Part shown: one piece after another, positions 20,493 through 30,553 of the stretch
Numbering within the stretch: position 1 is the first letter of the stretch
Layout: every line of letters starts with the position of its first letter
Assembly: GCA_964440795.1 (NCBI GenBank)
Contig: CAYTTQ010000003.1
Span: 9,307-73,306 of the forward strand
Source: an uncultured Desulfobacterales bacterium
GTDB taxonomy: Bacteria; Desulfobacterota; Desulfobacteria; Desulfobacterales; C00003060
DNA length: 64,000 nt
Direction: 5' to 3'
Notes under the pieces: model-generated
The model's input: only the letters and a program-made list of their open reading frames with translations
The model's database searches: none
Told to the model about the DNA's origin: nothing
Position numbers and translations under genes: made by a program

Positions 20493-22091
20493 TTAGGCAG
20501 TCACGCGGGAAGATTCGTCGGGCGGGGTCTCATGCTTGATCGACAGATTGCCGCCACAGTGTATTTCCCGGCCGTGTTGCAGGAAGCAAAGAATGCGGTT
20601 GACCGCTTCCACGTAAGCCCGTGCACTGGCTTTCAGAATGTCCGTGCTGGACCCCCGGCCAAGGGCCCGAAAACCCTCTCGGGAGACCCAAACCGTGGCC
20701 ACGCCTATGGCTTCTTTGGTTTCCGTAACTGCATGGACCTGAAATTCTTCCAGTTTGTGATCAATTCCCGCAATCTTGTCAATAGCCTTAAAGATGGCGT
20801 CGATGGGTCCGTCGCCTTGGCAACTGGCCTCCAAAATGATGTCTCCCTTCCTTAGCCTCACCTTGGCTTCGGCCGAAGCGCCGTTGCCGGTGGTTATCCG
20901 GTAGGTTTCCAGGCTGTAAGTCGCACGGTCGGTGAACTGGGAAAAGATAACGTCTTGTACAATGATGTCGATGTCCTCGTCGTAGACCTGTTTCTTTTTA
21001 TCCGCCAAGGCCGCGAAACGGTCATGGACGGCCTTAAACTCCCCCGCTTCCAAGTCGTAGCCCAATGCCGCCACTTTACTTTTCAACGCATGCTTTCCCG
21101 ATCGAGCGGTCAGGATCATGGTGTGTTCGGTAATCCCTACATCTTCAGGCCGCATGATTTCATATGTGGCCCGATCCTTCAGTATGCCGTCCTGATGTAC
21201 CCCCGATGAGTGAGCAAACGCGTTGGCCCCCACCACAGCCTTGTTGGCCTGAACCATCATTCCCATCAACCGGCTGACCAGCCGGCTGGTCCGGGTAATT
21301 TCCTGAGTGTTGACCGAGGTCGAAAAATCGAAATAATCCTTTCGGGTCCGAATGGCCATTACAATTTCCTCCAAAGACGCATTCCCAGCCCTTTCTCCCA
21401 ACCCGTTCATTGTGCACTCCACTTGCCGGGCGCCATTTTCAATGGCTGACAGTGTGTTGGCCGTAGCCAGTCCCAGGTCATTGTGACAGTGCACGCTCAA
21501 CGTACACTGGTCGATGTTGGTAACGTTATCCATGAGATGACGAACCAGCATCCCGTATTGACTGGGGACGGCATAGCCCACCGTATCCGGAATATTGACC
21601 ACGGTAGCCCCGGCGGCGATGACTTGTTGAACCACTTCGGCTAGGTAATCGGGGTCGGTGCGGGAGGCATCTTCCGTGGAGTATTCTACGTCCGGACAGA
21701 GGGATTTGGCAAACTTTAACGCCTCGAGTCCCCGTTCCAGTGCTTTTTCACGGTTGAGCCCGAATTTTTTTTCGATGTGGACGTCCGAGGTACCGAGAAA
21801 TACATGAATGCGTGGGTGCTCGGCTTGGCGTATAGCCTCCCATGCCCGCTCGATGTCCTGGGGGACCGCACGCGCCAAGGCGACAATCGTAGGTCCTTTC
21901 ACCTTTTCAGAGATCATCTGAACCGCGTCGAAGTCTCCCGGTGAGGAAATCGGAAAACCGGCTTCGATGGCATCAACCTGAAGGCGTTCCAGTTGCAAGG
22001 CGATTTGCAACTTTTCTCGGGGCGTGAGGCGGGCCCCGGGAATTTGTTCTCCGTCTCTCAAGGTCGTGTCGAAGATGAATATGCGTTCCAT
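20493..22091 (-). CDS. leuA: 2-isopropylmalate synthase
   Basis: IFDTTLRDGEQ, HCHNDLG, GLGERAGN and AFAHSSGVHQDG motifs, with a C-terminal regulatory domain (GDGPIDA). Confidence 0.93.
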   Translation of the reverse strand: MERIFIFDTTLRDGEQIPGARLTPREKLQIALQLERLQVDAIEAGFPISSPGDFDAVQMISEKVKGPTIVALARAVPQDIERAWEAIRQAEHPRIHVFLGTSDVHIEKKFGLNREKALERGLEALKFAKSLCPDVEYSTEDASRTDPDYLAEVVQQVIAAGATVVNIPDTVGYAVPSQYGMLVRHLMDNVTNIDQCTLSVHCHNDLGLATANTLSAIENGARQVECTMNGLGERAGNASLEEIVMAIRTRKDYFDFSTSVNTQEITRTSRLVSRLMGMMVQANKAVVGANAFAHSSGVHQDGILKDRATYEIMRPEDVGITEHTMILTARSGKHALKSKVAALGYDLEAGEFKAVHDRFAALADKKKQVYDEDIDIIVQDVIFSQFTDRATYSLETYRITTGNGASAEAKVRLRKGDIILEASCQGDGPIDAIFKAIDKIAGIDHKLEEFQVHAVTETKEAIGVATVWVSREGFRALGRGSSTDILKASARAYVEAVNRILCFLQHGREIHCGGNLSIKHETPPDESSRVTA

Positions 22092-22153
22092 AATCTGTGT
22101 CTCCCTTTCTTATCAAGATTTTAATAAACTGCCAGGCGAAATGCGGGCTACGC

Positions 22154-22187
22154 AAAAAAAAAGCCGCAGGTTTTATCGCCTGCGGCC
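22154..22187 (-). terminator. Attenuator terminator of the leuA leader
   Basis: mRNA GCCGCAGG-cgataaaa-CCTGCGGC followed by 9 U. Confidence 0.88.
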
Positions 22188-22212
22188 TTTGACTTTCTCT
22201 TTTATACTTAGC

Positions 22213-22302
22213 CTACCGCAGGCAAACTACTCCAAGAAGGAGTCCCAGTAGGAGCGACAAGCCCAGCGGTAATAGAAAGGTGTGAAGACTTATACCGATC
22301 AT
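22213..22302 (-). CDS. leuL: leu leader peptide (uORF)
   Basis: ATG..TAG, 29 aa MIGISLHTFLLPLGLSLLLGLLLGVVCLR with 12 Leu. Its 3' end (TTGCCTGCGGT) is complementary to the terminator 5' arm. Confidence 0.85.
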   Translation of the reverse strand: MIGISLHTFLLPLGLSLLLGLLLGVVCLR

Positions 22303-22436
22303 GTGTTAAGAAAAGCACGAGTGATGAGTCGTGTCAAGCTATTTTTAAACAAAAAACTTGACTTCGATAGGGCCAGTTGTTAACGGACACCCCTTATGCA
22401 TATACTTTCAAATTCGGCTATACGAACGGAGAGACT

Positions 22437-23234
22437 ATGAAACTGGACGAACAGATTATAAGCAAGGCCATTATCGAGCGATTTACGGAAAAGTGGCTGG
22501 ATCACCTTCACTTGGACGTGGCCATCGTCGGTGGCGGCCCCTCCGGATTGGTGGCCGCCTACTATTTGGCCGAAAAGGGTCGAAAAGTAGCACTCTTTGA
22601 ACGAAAGCTGAGTGTCGGGGGAGGTATGTGGGGCGGTGGGATGATGTTTAACGAGATCGTGGTTCAACAAGGGGGAAAGGAAATCCTCGATGACCTGCAG
22701 ATTTCATCCCGGCCCTTCGAAGCCGGGTACTATACGGCGGACGCTGTGGAAACCACAACCACCCTGGCGTCCAGAGCCTGCCAGGCGGGAGCAAAAATCT
22801 TTAATCTCATGAGTGTCGAAGATGTGATCATCCGAAAGTCCGAAAGCCCCGAATCGACGGAAGTAATCGGCCTGGTGGTCAACTGGACCGCAGTGGAAAA
22901 GGCCAAGCTTCATGTCGATCCCTTGACGGTACACGCTCGCTTTACCGTAGATGCCACCGGTCACGCCACCGAGGTTATGCATCTCATAGAAAGGAAATCG
23001 GGTGCGGCACTCCTGACGGAAACCGGAAAAGTGGTAGGAGAAAAATCGCTCTGGGCCGACGTCGCGGAGCACTCGACGCCGGAAAACACCCGCGAGGCCT
23101 TTCCCGGGGTTTATGTGGCGGGTATGGCCGCCAATGCAACATTCGGCTCCTATCGGATGGGTCCTATCTTCGGCGGTATGCTTCTCTCCGGTAAGAAGGT
23201 CGCCCGGATCATCAATGAACGGTTGGCCGGGTAG
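22437..23234 (+). CDS. thi4: Sulfide-dependent adenosine diphosphate thiazole synthase (Thi4 family)
   Basis: [26 protein letters not shown] and [13 protein letters not shown] motifs. Start is the ATG at 22437 after GGAGA. Confidence 0.95.
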   Translation: MKLDEQIISKAIIERFTEKWLDHLHLDVAIVGGGPSGLVAAYYLAEKGRKVALFERKLSVGGGMWGGGMMFNEIVVQQGGKEILDDLQISSRPFEAGYYTADAVETTTTLASRACQAGAKIFNLMSVEDVIIRKSESPESTEVIGLVVNWTAVEKAKLHVDPLTVHARFTVDATGHATEVMHLIERKSGAALLTETGKVVGEKSLWADVAEHSTPENTREAFPGVYVAGMAANATFGSYRMGPIFGGMLLSGKKVARIINERLAG

Positions 23235-23367
23235 CCCTTGTCAAGCGTGTTTTGTCAAGCGTCTTTCGGTTCGTTGTCAGTCCGGTCACTCAGGACCATC
23301 CGACCCGGAATTCCAACCCCGTTACTCAAATTGACCGCCGTGGCGGAATGACGCACTGGAGTTTGGA

Positions 23368-24612
23368 ATGATTCCCTCGCAAGAAAAGTTGCCGGCCGAC
23401 TATATGCTGGTACCTGCCACGGAAATCTCCGCCCGGGTTGCTACCTTTCAGCAACGCCTATCCGAGGCTGACCTCGACGGCGCGGTGATTCTAGACGGGG
23501 TAAACCTCTTTTACTTTGCCGGCACCAGGCAGCAAGCCCTGCTGTTTGTCCCGCAACGCGGAAGGCCGGTTTTCTTCGTGCGTCGCAGCCTGGAAAGAGC
23601 CCGCCAAGAGAGTCCAATAGAGTCGCTCATGCCCGTTGCCCGATTTGAAGAAATTCCGCCGTGGATTGCCGGAGCGGGCTATGGGACATCCAAGCTGGGG
23701 CTTTCCTACACAGCCGTACCCCTTTCCGTTTATCGGAAGTTGCAATCGATTTTTCCGCATACGGAGTTCCAAGATATAGGGCCGACCTTGGCCATGGTGC
23801 GGGCCGTCAAGTCCCCTTACGAAGTGGCACTGATGCGTGAAGCCGGCACCCGACACGGACAGATATTTGCCGAGATTCCCGGTCTGGTGTCTCCGGGTAT
23901 GACGGAATGGCAACTCGGTTCGGCCGTTCACGGAGAAATGTTGAAGCGTGGATTTACCGGCCTTATGAGACTGGCCGCATTTAACAGTGAGCTCTTTGCC
24001 GGGGTGGTCGGTTTCGGAGACTCCGGCAATCACCCGACTGCGTCCGTTGGGCCGGACGGTTTGCTGGGCCTTGGAGCGGCCTTCCCACTACTGGGCGGAA
24101 GCCGAAGGCTCGGCCATGGGGATATTATATTCGTTGACAGCGGCTTTTCTTACGGTGGCTATTACACGGATATGACCCGGATCTTCTGCCTGGGTCGCCC
24201 GCCGGAGGTGGCCCTGGATGCCCACGGTATCTGCCTGGAGGTCCAAGAAGCGGTGCGAAAACGGCTCAAACCGGGTGCAGTCCCCGGGGAGATATACGAG
24301 GAAGTCTACGACACCCTGATCCGCGGCCAGTTCCGAGGTCGGATCCGCGGTCAGGGGCTGGAAGAAAACTTCATGGGCTATGGGAGCAATCAAGTGCCTT
24401 TTCTCGGACACGGCATCGGTTTGGAGGTCGATGAGTTCCCGGCCATCGCCAAAAAAATCCGTGTACCCCTGGAAAAGAACATGGTCGTCGCCGTAGAACC
24501 CAAGAAGGGCCTTGCCGGTGTTGGCTTGGTGGGTATTGAAAACACCTTCTTGGTGACCGATGAGGGCGGAGAAAAATTGACTATCGGGAAAGATGGCATC
24601 GTCGACTTGTGA
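23368..24612 (+). CDS. M24 family Xaa-Pro peptidase
   Basis: Creatinase_N region, VKSPYE, YYTDMTR, GHGIGLEVDE, VEPK and IENT motifs. Confidence 0.9.
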   Translation: MIPSQEKLPADYMLVPATEISARVATFQQRLSEADLDGAVILDGVNLFYFAGTRQQALLFVPQRGRPVFFVRRSLERARQESPIESLMPVARFEEIPPWIAGAGYGTSKLGLSYTAVPLSVYRKLQSIFPHTEFQDIGPTLAMVRAVKSPYEVALMREAGTRHGQIFAEIPGLVSPGMTEWQLGSAVHGEMLKRGFTGLMRLAAFNSELFAGVVGFGDSGNHPTASVGPDGLLGLGAAFPLLGGSRRLGHGDIIFVDSGFSYGGYYTDMTRIFCLGRPPEVALDAHGICLEVQEAVRKRLKPGAVPGEIYEEVYDTLIRGQFRGRIRGQGLEENFMGYGSNQVPFLGHGIGLEVDEFPAIAKKIRVPLEKNMVVAVEPKKGLAGVGLVGIENTFLVTDEGGEKLTIGKDGIVDL

Positions 24613-24614
24613 GC

Positions 24615-27068
24615 CTAAAGCATATTCATCGGGTCCACGTCGATAATTAGCCGGTTCCCTTTGCAGGGCATTTCCTGTGAGGTCCGTCGCCGGAGGCTTC
24701 GGGCGATCTGATGCAAGGGATCCACCTGGGTCCCTTTAAGAAGAAGTTGCCATCGATATCGGTCCTTTATCCGGGAAAGGGGGGCCTTGACCGGTCCCAA
24801 GAGTTGGATGCAGTGTTGTCCGCGGGGATGATCGGAGATGACTTCCCGGCAGATTTGACCGGCCCGGCGGGCGTAGCGAGCGGTTCGGCCCTTGTCTCTT
24901 CCGGTGATGATGACCTGCATAAGGCGGCAAAAAGGCGGGTAGAGTGCCGATTGTCGAAACCCTATCTCCTGGTTGAAGTAGGCCCGGTAATCCTGGTCCT
25001 TTGCCGTCGTGATACAGAAGTGGTCCGGATTGAAGGTTTGAAGGATGACCCGTCCCGGCCGCTCGCCTCTGCCCGCTCTTCCGGCCACCTGGGCAAGTAA
25101 TTGAAAGGTGCGCTCGCCGGAACGAAAATCGGGGAAATTGAGCGAAAGATCTGCGCACAGAATGCCCACCAACGTGATATTCGGATAGTGATGGCCTTTG
25201 GCTACCATCTGGGTGCCGATCAGGATGTCGGTCGCCCCCTCTTTGAGATTTCTGAGGATTCTTACCAAGCTGCCTTTGCGGCGGGTTGTGTCTCGGTCCA
25301 TCCGGTCCACCCGAGCTTGGGGAAAAAGGGCTTCTATCTTGGCCTGTACCTTTTCGGTGCCCATTCCGATGGGAATGATTTTGGCGTTTCCGCAAACCCT
25401 ACAGGAGGCGGTGTGGGGGGCCGTGTGACCACAGTAATGGCATTTGTAAGCATTGGCTTGCCGGTGAAGCGTCATCGTGACTTCGCAGTATTTACACCGT
25501 ACAGGGGCGCCACAGGACAAGCAGGCCGGACAATTGGCAAAGCCGCGACGGTTTAAGAATAGCAATATTTGTTCTTTTCGCTCTAGTGCTTCTTCTATAG
25601 CCGTTTTGAGGGTGTCCGTGATAAAGGGCTTGGCCCGCCCGGAACCGGTTTCGGGTCTTAGGTCCACCACCGTTACGCGTGCCATATCCCGGTCTTCGAT
25701 TCGCTTGTTGAGTTCCAGGCCCTGAAACTTCTTGCCCATCACATTGTAATATGACTGTAAGGAAGGGGTGGCCGAGCCCAAGACAGCGACGGCGTCCTGC
25801 TGTTTTGCTCGGACCACGGCCAGATCCCGTGCGTTATACCGACAGGTGCTTTCCTGCTTGTAGGATTCGTCATGTTCTTCGTCAACAATGAATAGGCCGG
25901 GATTCTCAAACGGGGCGAAGATCGCCGAGCGGGCCCCGATCGCAATCTTGGCTTTTCCTTCCACGATCCGCATCCATTGATCGAAGTGTTCTCCTGCGCT
26001 CAAGCCACTGTGTAGCAGCGCTACGCAGTCTCCGAAGCGGGCCCGAAACCGCCTTTCCGTCTGAGAGATGAGGCCGATTTCAGGAACGAGTACTAAGGCT
26101 TGCCGTCCTTGCTTCAACGTCTCACTGACGGCATGCATATATACTTCGGTCTTTCCGCTTCCGGTAACGCCATGGAGCAGATATGTCTTGAATCCTTGAG
26201 AAAGTCCCCGGGTGATGGTTTCCAGCACTGAAGACTGCTCTCCCGTCAGCTGATGCGGGGTCGTTTCCGACTCAATCGGTTCTCCAAAGGGGTCACGGTA
26301 AACGCACTGTTCAAACAGTTCTAAAAGTCCGGCGTCGGCCATTTTTCTTGCCAGCCGGCCTGCACCGGGAATTTCTCCTTTCAGTGTGCGAAGCGGCACC
26401 GCCTCTTGGGTGCCGAGGTAGTCCAGGATTCGTTGTCTTGTTTGGGAAAGGCCGGATGGCGGCACCCGTGGCTTTTCACCGGCCCGCACGAAGAGCGCCT
26501 TTTTCGGTTGGGTCCGTCCCGGCCGGATCTTTCTTTTCACCGTAACCAGTCCGGATTTCTCCATCTCACGGAGGGTCTTCGAACCTATTTTTCCATCCAA
26601 GGCGTTGATCAGGGCCTTTTCCGATATCGGCCCTAAACGGTTCAGGGCTTCAAGTATCTCCCGCCGATGCCGGTTCAGTCCCTCGGGGGCTTCCAGTGTT
26701 TGACGGCCTGCACGGGATAGCCCGATAGCTTGAAAGGATTTGGGATTTAGACCGCCGGGAAGCGCCGCCCGAAGTACCTCCCCGATCGGATACAGGTAAT
26801 AATCGGCGATCCACCGAAAAAAGGGGACCATGGAGGCGGGAAAGACGGGGACGCTGTCCAAGACGTCAATGACGTCCTTGACCTGTTCTTGAACGGTACG
26901 ATCAAAGCAAGCCAGTATATAGCCGGTTGCGGAGGTGTTTTTGACCGGCACGAGCACCCGTTTTCCAGGGGCGATGCGGGAGCGAAGGCTGTCGGGAACC
27001 CTGTATGTGAGGGGTTTAGATATGGGAAGGGCGACGGCTATTTCCGCATAGGATTTGTGTTCAGGCAA
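24615..27068 (-). CDS. priA: Primosomal protein N'
   Basis: GVTGSGKTEVY, DEEHD.SYKQ, LNRRG, CxxC Zn motifs and QVAGRAGR. Confidence 0.97.
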   Translation of the reverse strand: MPEHKSYAEIAVALPISKPLTYRVPDSLRSRIAPGKRVLVPVKNTSATGYILACFDRTVQEQVKDVIDVLDSVPVFPASMVPFFRWIADYYLYPIGEVLRAALPGGLNPKSFQAIGLSRAGRQTLEAPEGLNRHRREILEALNRLGPISEKALINALDGKIGSKTLREMEKSGLVTVKRKIRPGRTQPKKALFVRAGEKPRVPPSGLSQTRQRILDYLGTQEAVPLRTLKGEIPGAGRLARKMADAGLLELFEQCVYRDPFGEPIESETTPHQLTGEQSSVLETITRGLSQGFKTYLLHGVTGSGKTEVYMHAVSETLKQGRQALVLVPEIGLISQTERRFRARFGDCVALLHSGLSAGEHFDQWMRIVEGKAKIAIGARSAIFAPFENPGLFIVDEEHDESYKQESTCRYNARDLAVVRAKQQDAVAVLGSATPSLQSYYNVMGKKFQGLELNKRIEDRDMARVTVVDLRPETGSGRAKPFITDTLKTAIEEALERKEQILLFLNRRGFANCPACLSCGAPVRCKYCEVTMTLHRQANAYKCHYCGHTAPHTASCRVCGNAKIIPIGMGTEKVQAKIEALFPQARVDRMDRDTTRRKGSLVRILRNLKEGATDILIGTQMVAKGHHYPNITLVGILCADLSLNFPDFRSGERTFQLLAQVAGRAGRGERPGRVILQTFNPDHFCITTAKDQDYRAYFNQEIGFRQSALYPPFCRLMQVIITGRDKGRTARYARRAGQICREVISDHPRGQHCIQLLGPVKAPLSRIKDRYRWQLLLKGTQVDPLHQIARSLRRRTSQEMPCKGNRLIIDVDPMNML

Positions 27069-27180
27069 CTATCGATTTCCTTTTTCCCTTGATCTGTGGT
27101 GGCAGTTCTCATATCAGTGAAAGGGGGTGCTTTGCTACACAAAAATCGCAACACCATAGGACTTTTAGGGGAGGTATTTT

Positions 27181-27894
27181 ATGCAACAATACACGATTTA
27201 TCCGTTGGTAGTGGGCGCCAATGAAACGGACCAGGGGGTGATGACCTATCTCCGCGATTATGGTGAGCGCATCTGGATTCCCATTTATGTTTTCTACTTG
27301 AAAGGATCGGACCGACATATTCTGATTGATACCGGATTGGAGCAATTCATGGTTCCCGACGATCTGGGGGCCCGTTACGGTTTCGAGATCCTCGAATTCG
27401 AAGATGCACTGGCCTCGGTGGGAGTCAAACCCGAAGACATCGACGTCATCATTCATACCCATCTTCACAACGATCACTGTGAAAATGATTACAAGTGTTC
27501 GAATGCGACCGTCTACGTGCAGAAGGCCGAGAGGGCATTTCTGGAAGATCCCCATCCCATTGACCACCGATACTATCCCGATGTCCTCGACGAGGTGACG
27601 GTCGTTGAACTGGAAGGGGATGCCAACCTCTTCGATGGTATTGATGTCATCTTTACCCCCGGTCATACGGTGGGCGGCCAGTCGATTTCCGTGAACACGT
27701 CGGAGGGTCGAGCCATTATTACGGGGTTTTGTTGCAATAACAAGAACTTTCCGGCCAAGGGTCCGGCCATCGCCTCCGGAGTTCATATTAACGCCATGGA
27801 AGCGTATGACAGCGCGCAGAAAATCAAAGAGATGGCCGATATCTTGATTCCCCTCCACGACCTTGCCGTGGGGGCGAAGAAAACCATACCCTGA
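27181..27894 (+). CDS. Metallo-beta-lactamase fold hydrolase, N-acyl homoserine lactonase-like
   Basis: ILIDTG, HTHLHNDH, TPGHTVG and PLHD motifs. Confidence 0.82.
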   Translation: MQQYTIYPLVVGANETDQGVMTYLRDYGERIWIPIYVFYLKGSDRHILIDTGLEQFMVPDDLGARYGFEILEFEDALASVGVKPEDIDVIIHTHLHNDHCENDYKCSNATVYVQKAERAFLEDPHPIDHRYYPDVLDEVTVVELEGDANLFDGIDVIFTPGHTVGGQSISVNTSEGRAIITGFCCNNKNFPAKGPAIASGVHINAMEAYDSAQKIKEMADILIPLHDLAVGAKKTIP

Positions 27895-27901
27895 GGTGGT
27901 C

Positions 27902-28714
27902 ATGCGGCTGACGACTCTGGTGGAAAACAAGGCGTCCCGGCCGGGCCTTTGTGCGGAACACGGTCTGAGTGTACTTGTGCAAAACGGTACGGAGCGCCTG
28001 CTTTTTGACACCGGGCAAACGGACTGCCTGATTCACAATTTAAAGGCCTTGCGTATCGATCCGGCGGGGATTGACCGGGTGGTCTTGAGCCACGGGCACT
28101 ATGACCACGCCGGCGGTCTGCTTTCTTTGTGTGCCTTTACCCATCCGGTCGTATACGCCCATCCGGAGATCTTTAGACGTCGGTATGCCGCCAAAGGGCA
28201 ACTGCGCTACATCGGCATAAAGAAACGCCATTTCTACGAGCAACAGGGGGTGCGATTCGTTTTAAGCGATCAACCGACGGAAGTGATTGCCGATGTTCAC
28301 ACCACGGGGTATGAAACGATGGCCACTCCCTTTGAGGTGGTGGACAAAGGGTTTGTCTACCAAACGGATAACGGATATGAAAAAGACAACGTCCCCGATG
28401 ACCAAAGCCTGGTGCTGCATACACCGCGGGGTCTGTTTGTCCTATTTGGATGTGCCCATCGGGGTATCATTAACATTATGCGGCAGAGCGAACAGCGCTT
28501 TGGCAAGAAGGTCTTCGGGTTTATGGGCGGTACGCATTTGGGGGCGGCCGAGGAAGATCAAGTTCGTCCGACCATTGATGCCTTGAAGACCATGGATTTG
28601 GAGATTGTCGCCCCCCTGCATTGTACGGGAACGGCGGTCACCGCCAGATTGGCCGGGGAATTCGGGGATCGTTTTATGTCCCTCAATGGGGGAAGTGCCA
28701 TAGAGGTGGGCTAG
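27902..28714 (+). CDS. MBL-fold metallo-hydrolase (COG1237-like)
   Basis: EHGLS, FDTGQ, LSHGHYDHAGG, DDQSL, GCAHRG, GGTHL and PLHCTG motifs. Confidence 0.88.
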   Translation: MRLTTLVENKASRPGLCAEHGLSVLVQNGTERLLFDTGQTDCLIHNLKALRIDPAGIDRVVLSHGHYDHAGGLLSLCAFTHPVVYAHPEIFRRRYAAKGQLRYIGIKKRHFYEQQGVRFVLSDQPTEVIADVHTTGYETMATPFEVVDKGFVYQTDNGYEKDNVPDDQSLVLHTPRGLFVLFGCAHRGIINIMRQSEQRFGKKVFGFMGGTHLGAAEEDQVRPTIDALKTMDLEIVAPLHCTGTAVTARLAGEFGDRFMSLNGGSAIEVG

Positions 28715-28812
28715 AGTGAGAAGGGCCTTGAGGAGATGACGTTGTACCGAGACGATCCGATCGGCGGCGGGAAACCTGTTTTAAGGCCGGGTTTAAGGGG
28801 GATATTTTCAAT

Positions 28813-30507
28813 ATGACGGAAAAAGGCGGACCACCGACGGACTTTATTCGGGCCATTATCGCCGAAGACCTGAAAGCAAACAAGAACCAAGGCCGAGTAA
28901 TCACCCGATTCCCGCCGGAACCCAACGGATATCTCCACATGGGGCATGCCAAGTCCATCTGCTTGAATTTCAGCCTGGCCAGAGAAAATGGGGGGGTCTG
29001 CCACCTTCGCTTCGACGATACGAATCCGATCAAGGAAGAACAAGAGTACATCGATTCCATCAAAGAGGACGTGCGGTGGTTGGGTTTTGATTGGGGCCGC
29101 CATCTTTACTACGCGTCGGACTACTTCGAGAGACTGCATACCTATGCAATCGCCTTGATCAAGGCCGGAATGGCCTATGTGGACAGTCTGAGTTCCGAAG
29201 AGATTCGGGCCTATCGCGGCACCCTCACCGAACCGGGCAAGGAAAGCCCTTATCGGGATCGTTCGGTGGAAGAAAATCTGAAGCTCTTCGATGCCATGCG
29301 GGCGGGCGAATTTCCCGAGGGTGCCCATGTCCTTCGGGCCAAAATCGATATGGCGTCTCCCAACCTAACCATGCGGGATCCCACTATGTATCGGATTCGC
29401 CATACCGCCCACCACCGAACCGGCGATGCATGGTGCATCTATCCCATGTATGACTTTGCTCACTGCTTGTCCGATTCGATAGAAGGAATTACGCACTCCG
29501 TGTGTACGTTGGAGTTTGAGGGGAATCGGCCGTTGTACGACTGGTTCCTCGATCAGCTTCAGGTCCACCATCCCCAGCAAATTGAATTCGCTCGATTGAA
29601 CTTAAGCCATACGGTGTTGAGTAAGCGGAAACTGATCACCCTGGTCAAAGAGGGCCATGTGACCGGCTGGGACGATCCGAGAATGCCGACCCTGTCCGGC
29701 GTTCGTCGCCGGGGATATACCCCCGAGACCATCCGGACCTTTTGCGACAAAATCGGGGTGGCCAAAAGAGACAGCATGGTGGATGTGGCCTTATTGGAGC
29801 ACTGTCTGCGGGAAGACCTCAACAAACGGGTACCTCGGGTCATGACGGTTCTGCGGCCCCTCCGGGTGATCATCGACAATTATCCCGAGGGCGGGGAAGA
29901 ATTACTGGAGGCGGAGAACAGCCCGGAAGACCCGGAAATGGGGACGCGGCAAATTCCCTTTTCCCGGGAGATCTACATTGAGCAAGAGGATTTTCTGGAA
30001 GATCCGCCCAAAAAGTTTTTTCGCCTGGCGCCGGGCCGAGAGGTTCGGTTGAAGCACGCCTATTATATCACCTGTGTCGATGTGGTCAGGGATGAACAAA
30101 GCGGTGAGGTCACGGCACTGCACTGTACCTATGATCCGAAAACCCGGGGAGGTTGGTCCCAGGATGGTCGAAAGGTCAAGGGGACGCTGCACTGGGTATC
30201 CGTTCCCCACGCGGCCAAAGCGGAAGTGCGGCTTTATGACCACTTGTTTGTCAAAGAACATCCCGGCGATGCACCGGAAGGACGGGATTTTACCGCCAAC
30301 CTGAACCCCCGGTCACTGATCACGTTGACGGAATGTCGGGTGGAGCCCGGTTTGGCCCGGTCCGAACCGGGATCTCGCTATCAGTTTTTGCGCCAAGGGT
30401 ATTTCTGCGTGGATAAGGACTCGGTTCCCCACCGGCCGGTGTTTAATCGCACCGTTACCCTGCGCGACACATGGGCGAAGATACAAAAGGCCCAGAAGAA
30501 AGGTTAG
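28813..30507 (+). CDS. glnS: Glutamine--tRNA ligase
   Basis: [33 protein letters not shown] and VLSKRKL motifs. Confidence 0.97.
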   Translation: MTEKGGPPTDFIRAIIAEDLKANKNQGRVITRFPPEPNGYLHMGHAKSICLNFSLARENGGVCHLRFDDTNPIKEEQEYIDSIKEDVRWLGFDWGRHLYYASDYFERLHTYAIALIKAGMAYVDSLSSEEIRAYRGTLTEPGKESPYRDRSVEENLKLFDAMRAGEFPEGAHVLRAKIDMASPNLTMRDPTMYRIRHTAHHRTGDAWCIYPMYDFAHCLSDSIEGITHSVCTLEFEGNRPLYDWFLDQLQVHHPQQIEFARLNLSHTVLSKRKLITLVKEGHVTGWDDPRMPTLSGVRRRGYTPETIRTFCDKIGVAKRDSMVDVALLEHCLREDLNKRVPRVMTVLRPLRVIIDNYPEGGEELLEAENSPEDPEMGTRQIPFSREIYIEQEDFLEDPPKKFFRLAPGREVRLKHAYYITCVDVVRDEQSGEVTALHCTYDPKTRGGWSQDGRKVKGTLHWVSVPHAAKAEVRLYDHLFVKEHPGDAPEGRDFTANLNPRSLITLTECRVEPGLARSEPGSRYQFLRQGYFCVDKDSVPHRPVFNRTVTLRDTWAKIQKAQKKG

Positions 30508-30553
30508 GGCGTGTCACCGATCGGTGTATGACCCGGCGGAAATACGCCTGTCT

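Noticed and set aside
27109-28011. 300-aa minus-strand ORF (also 59672-60622, 50967-51767, 14044-14847, 35945-36703 and similar)
   Set aside because: These lie antisense to well-supported genes and have no motifs. Such ORFs are expected in GC-rich coding DNA.
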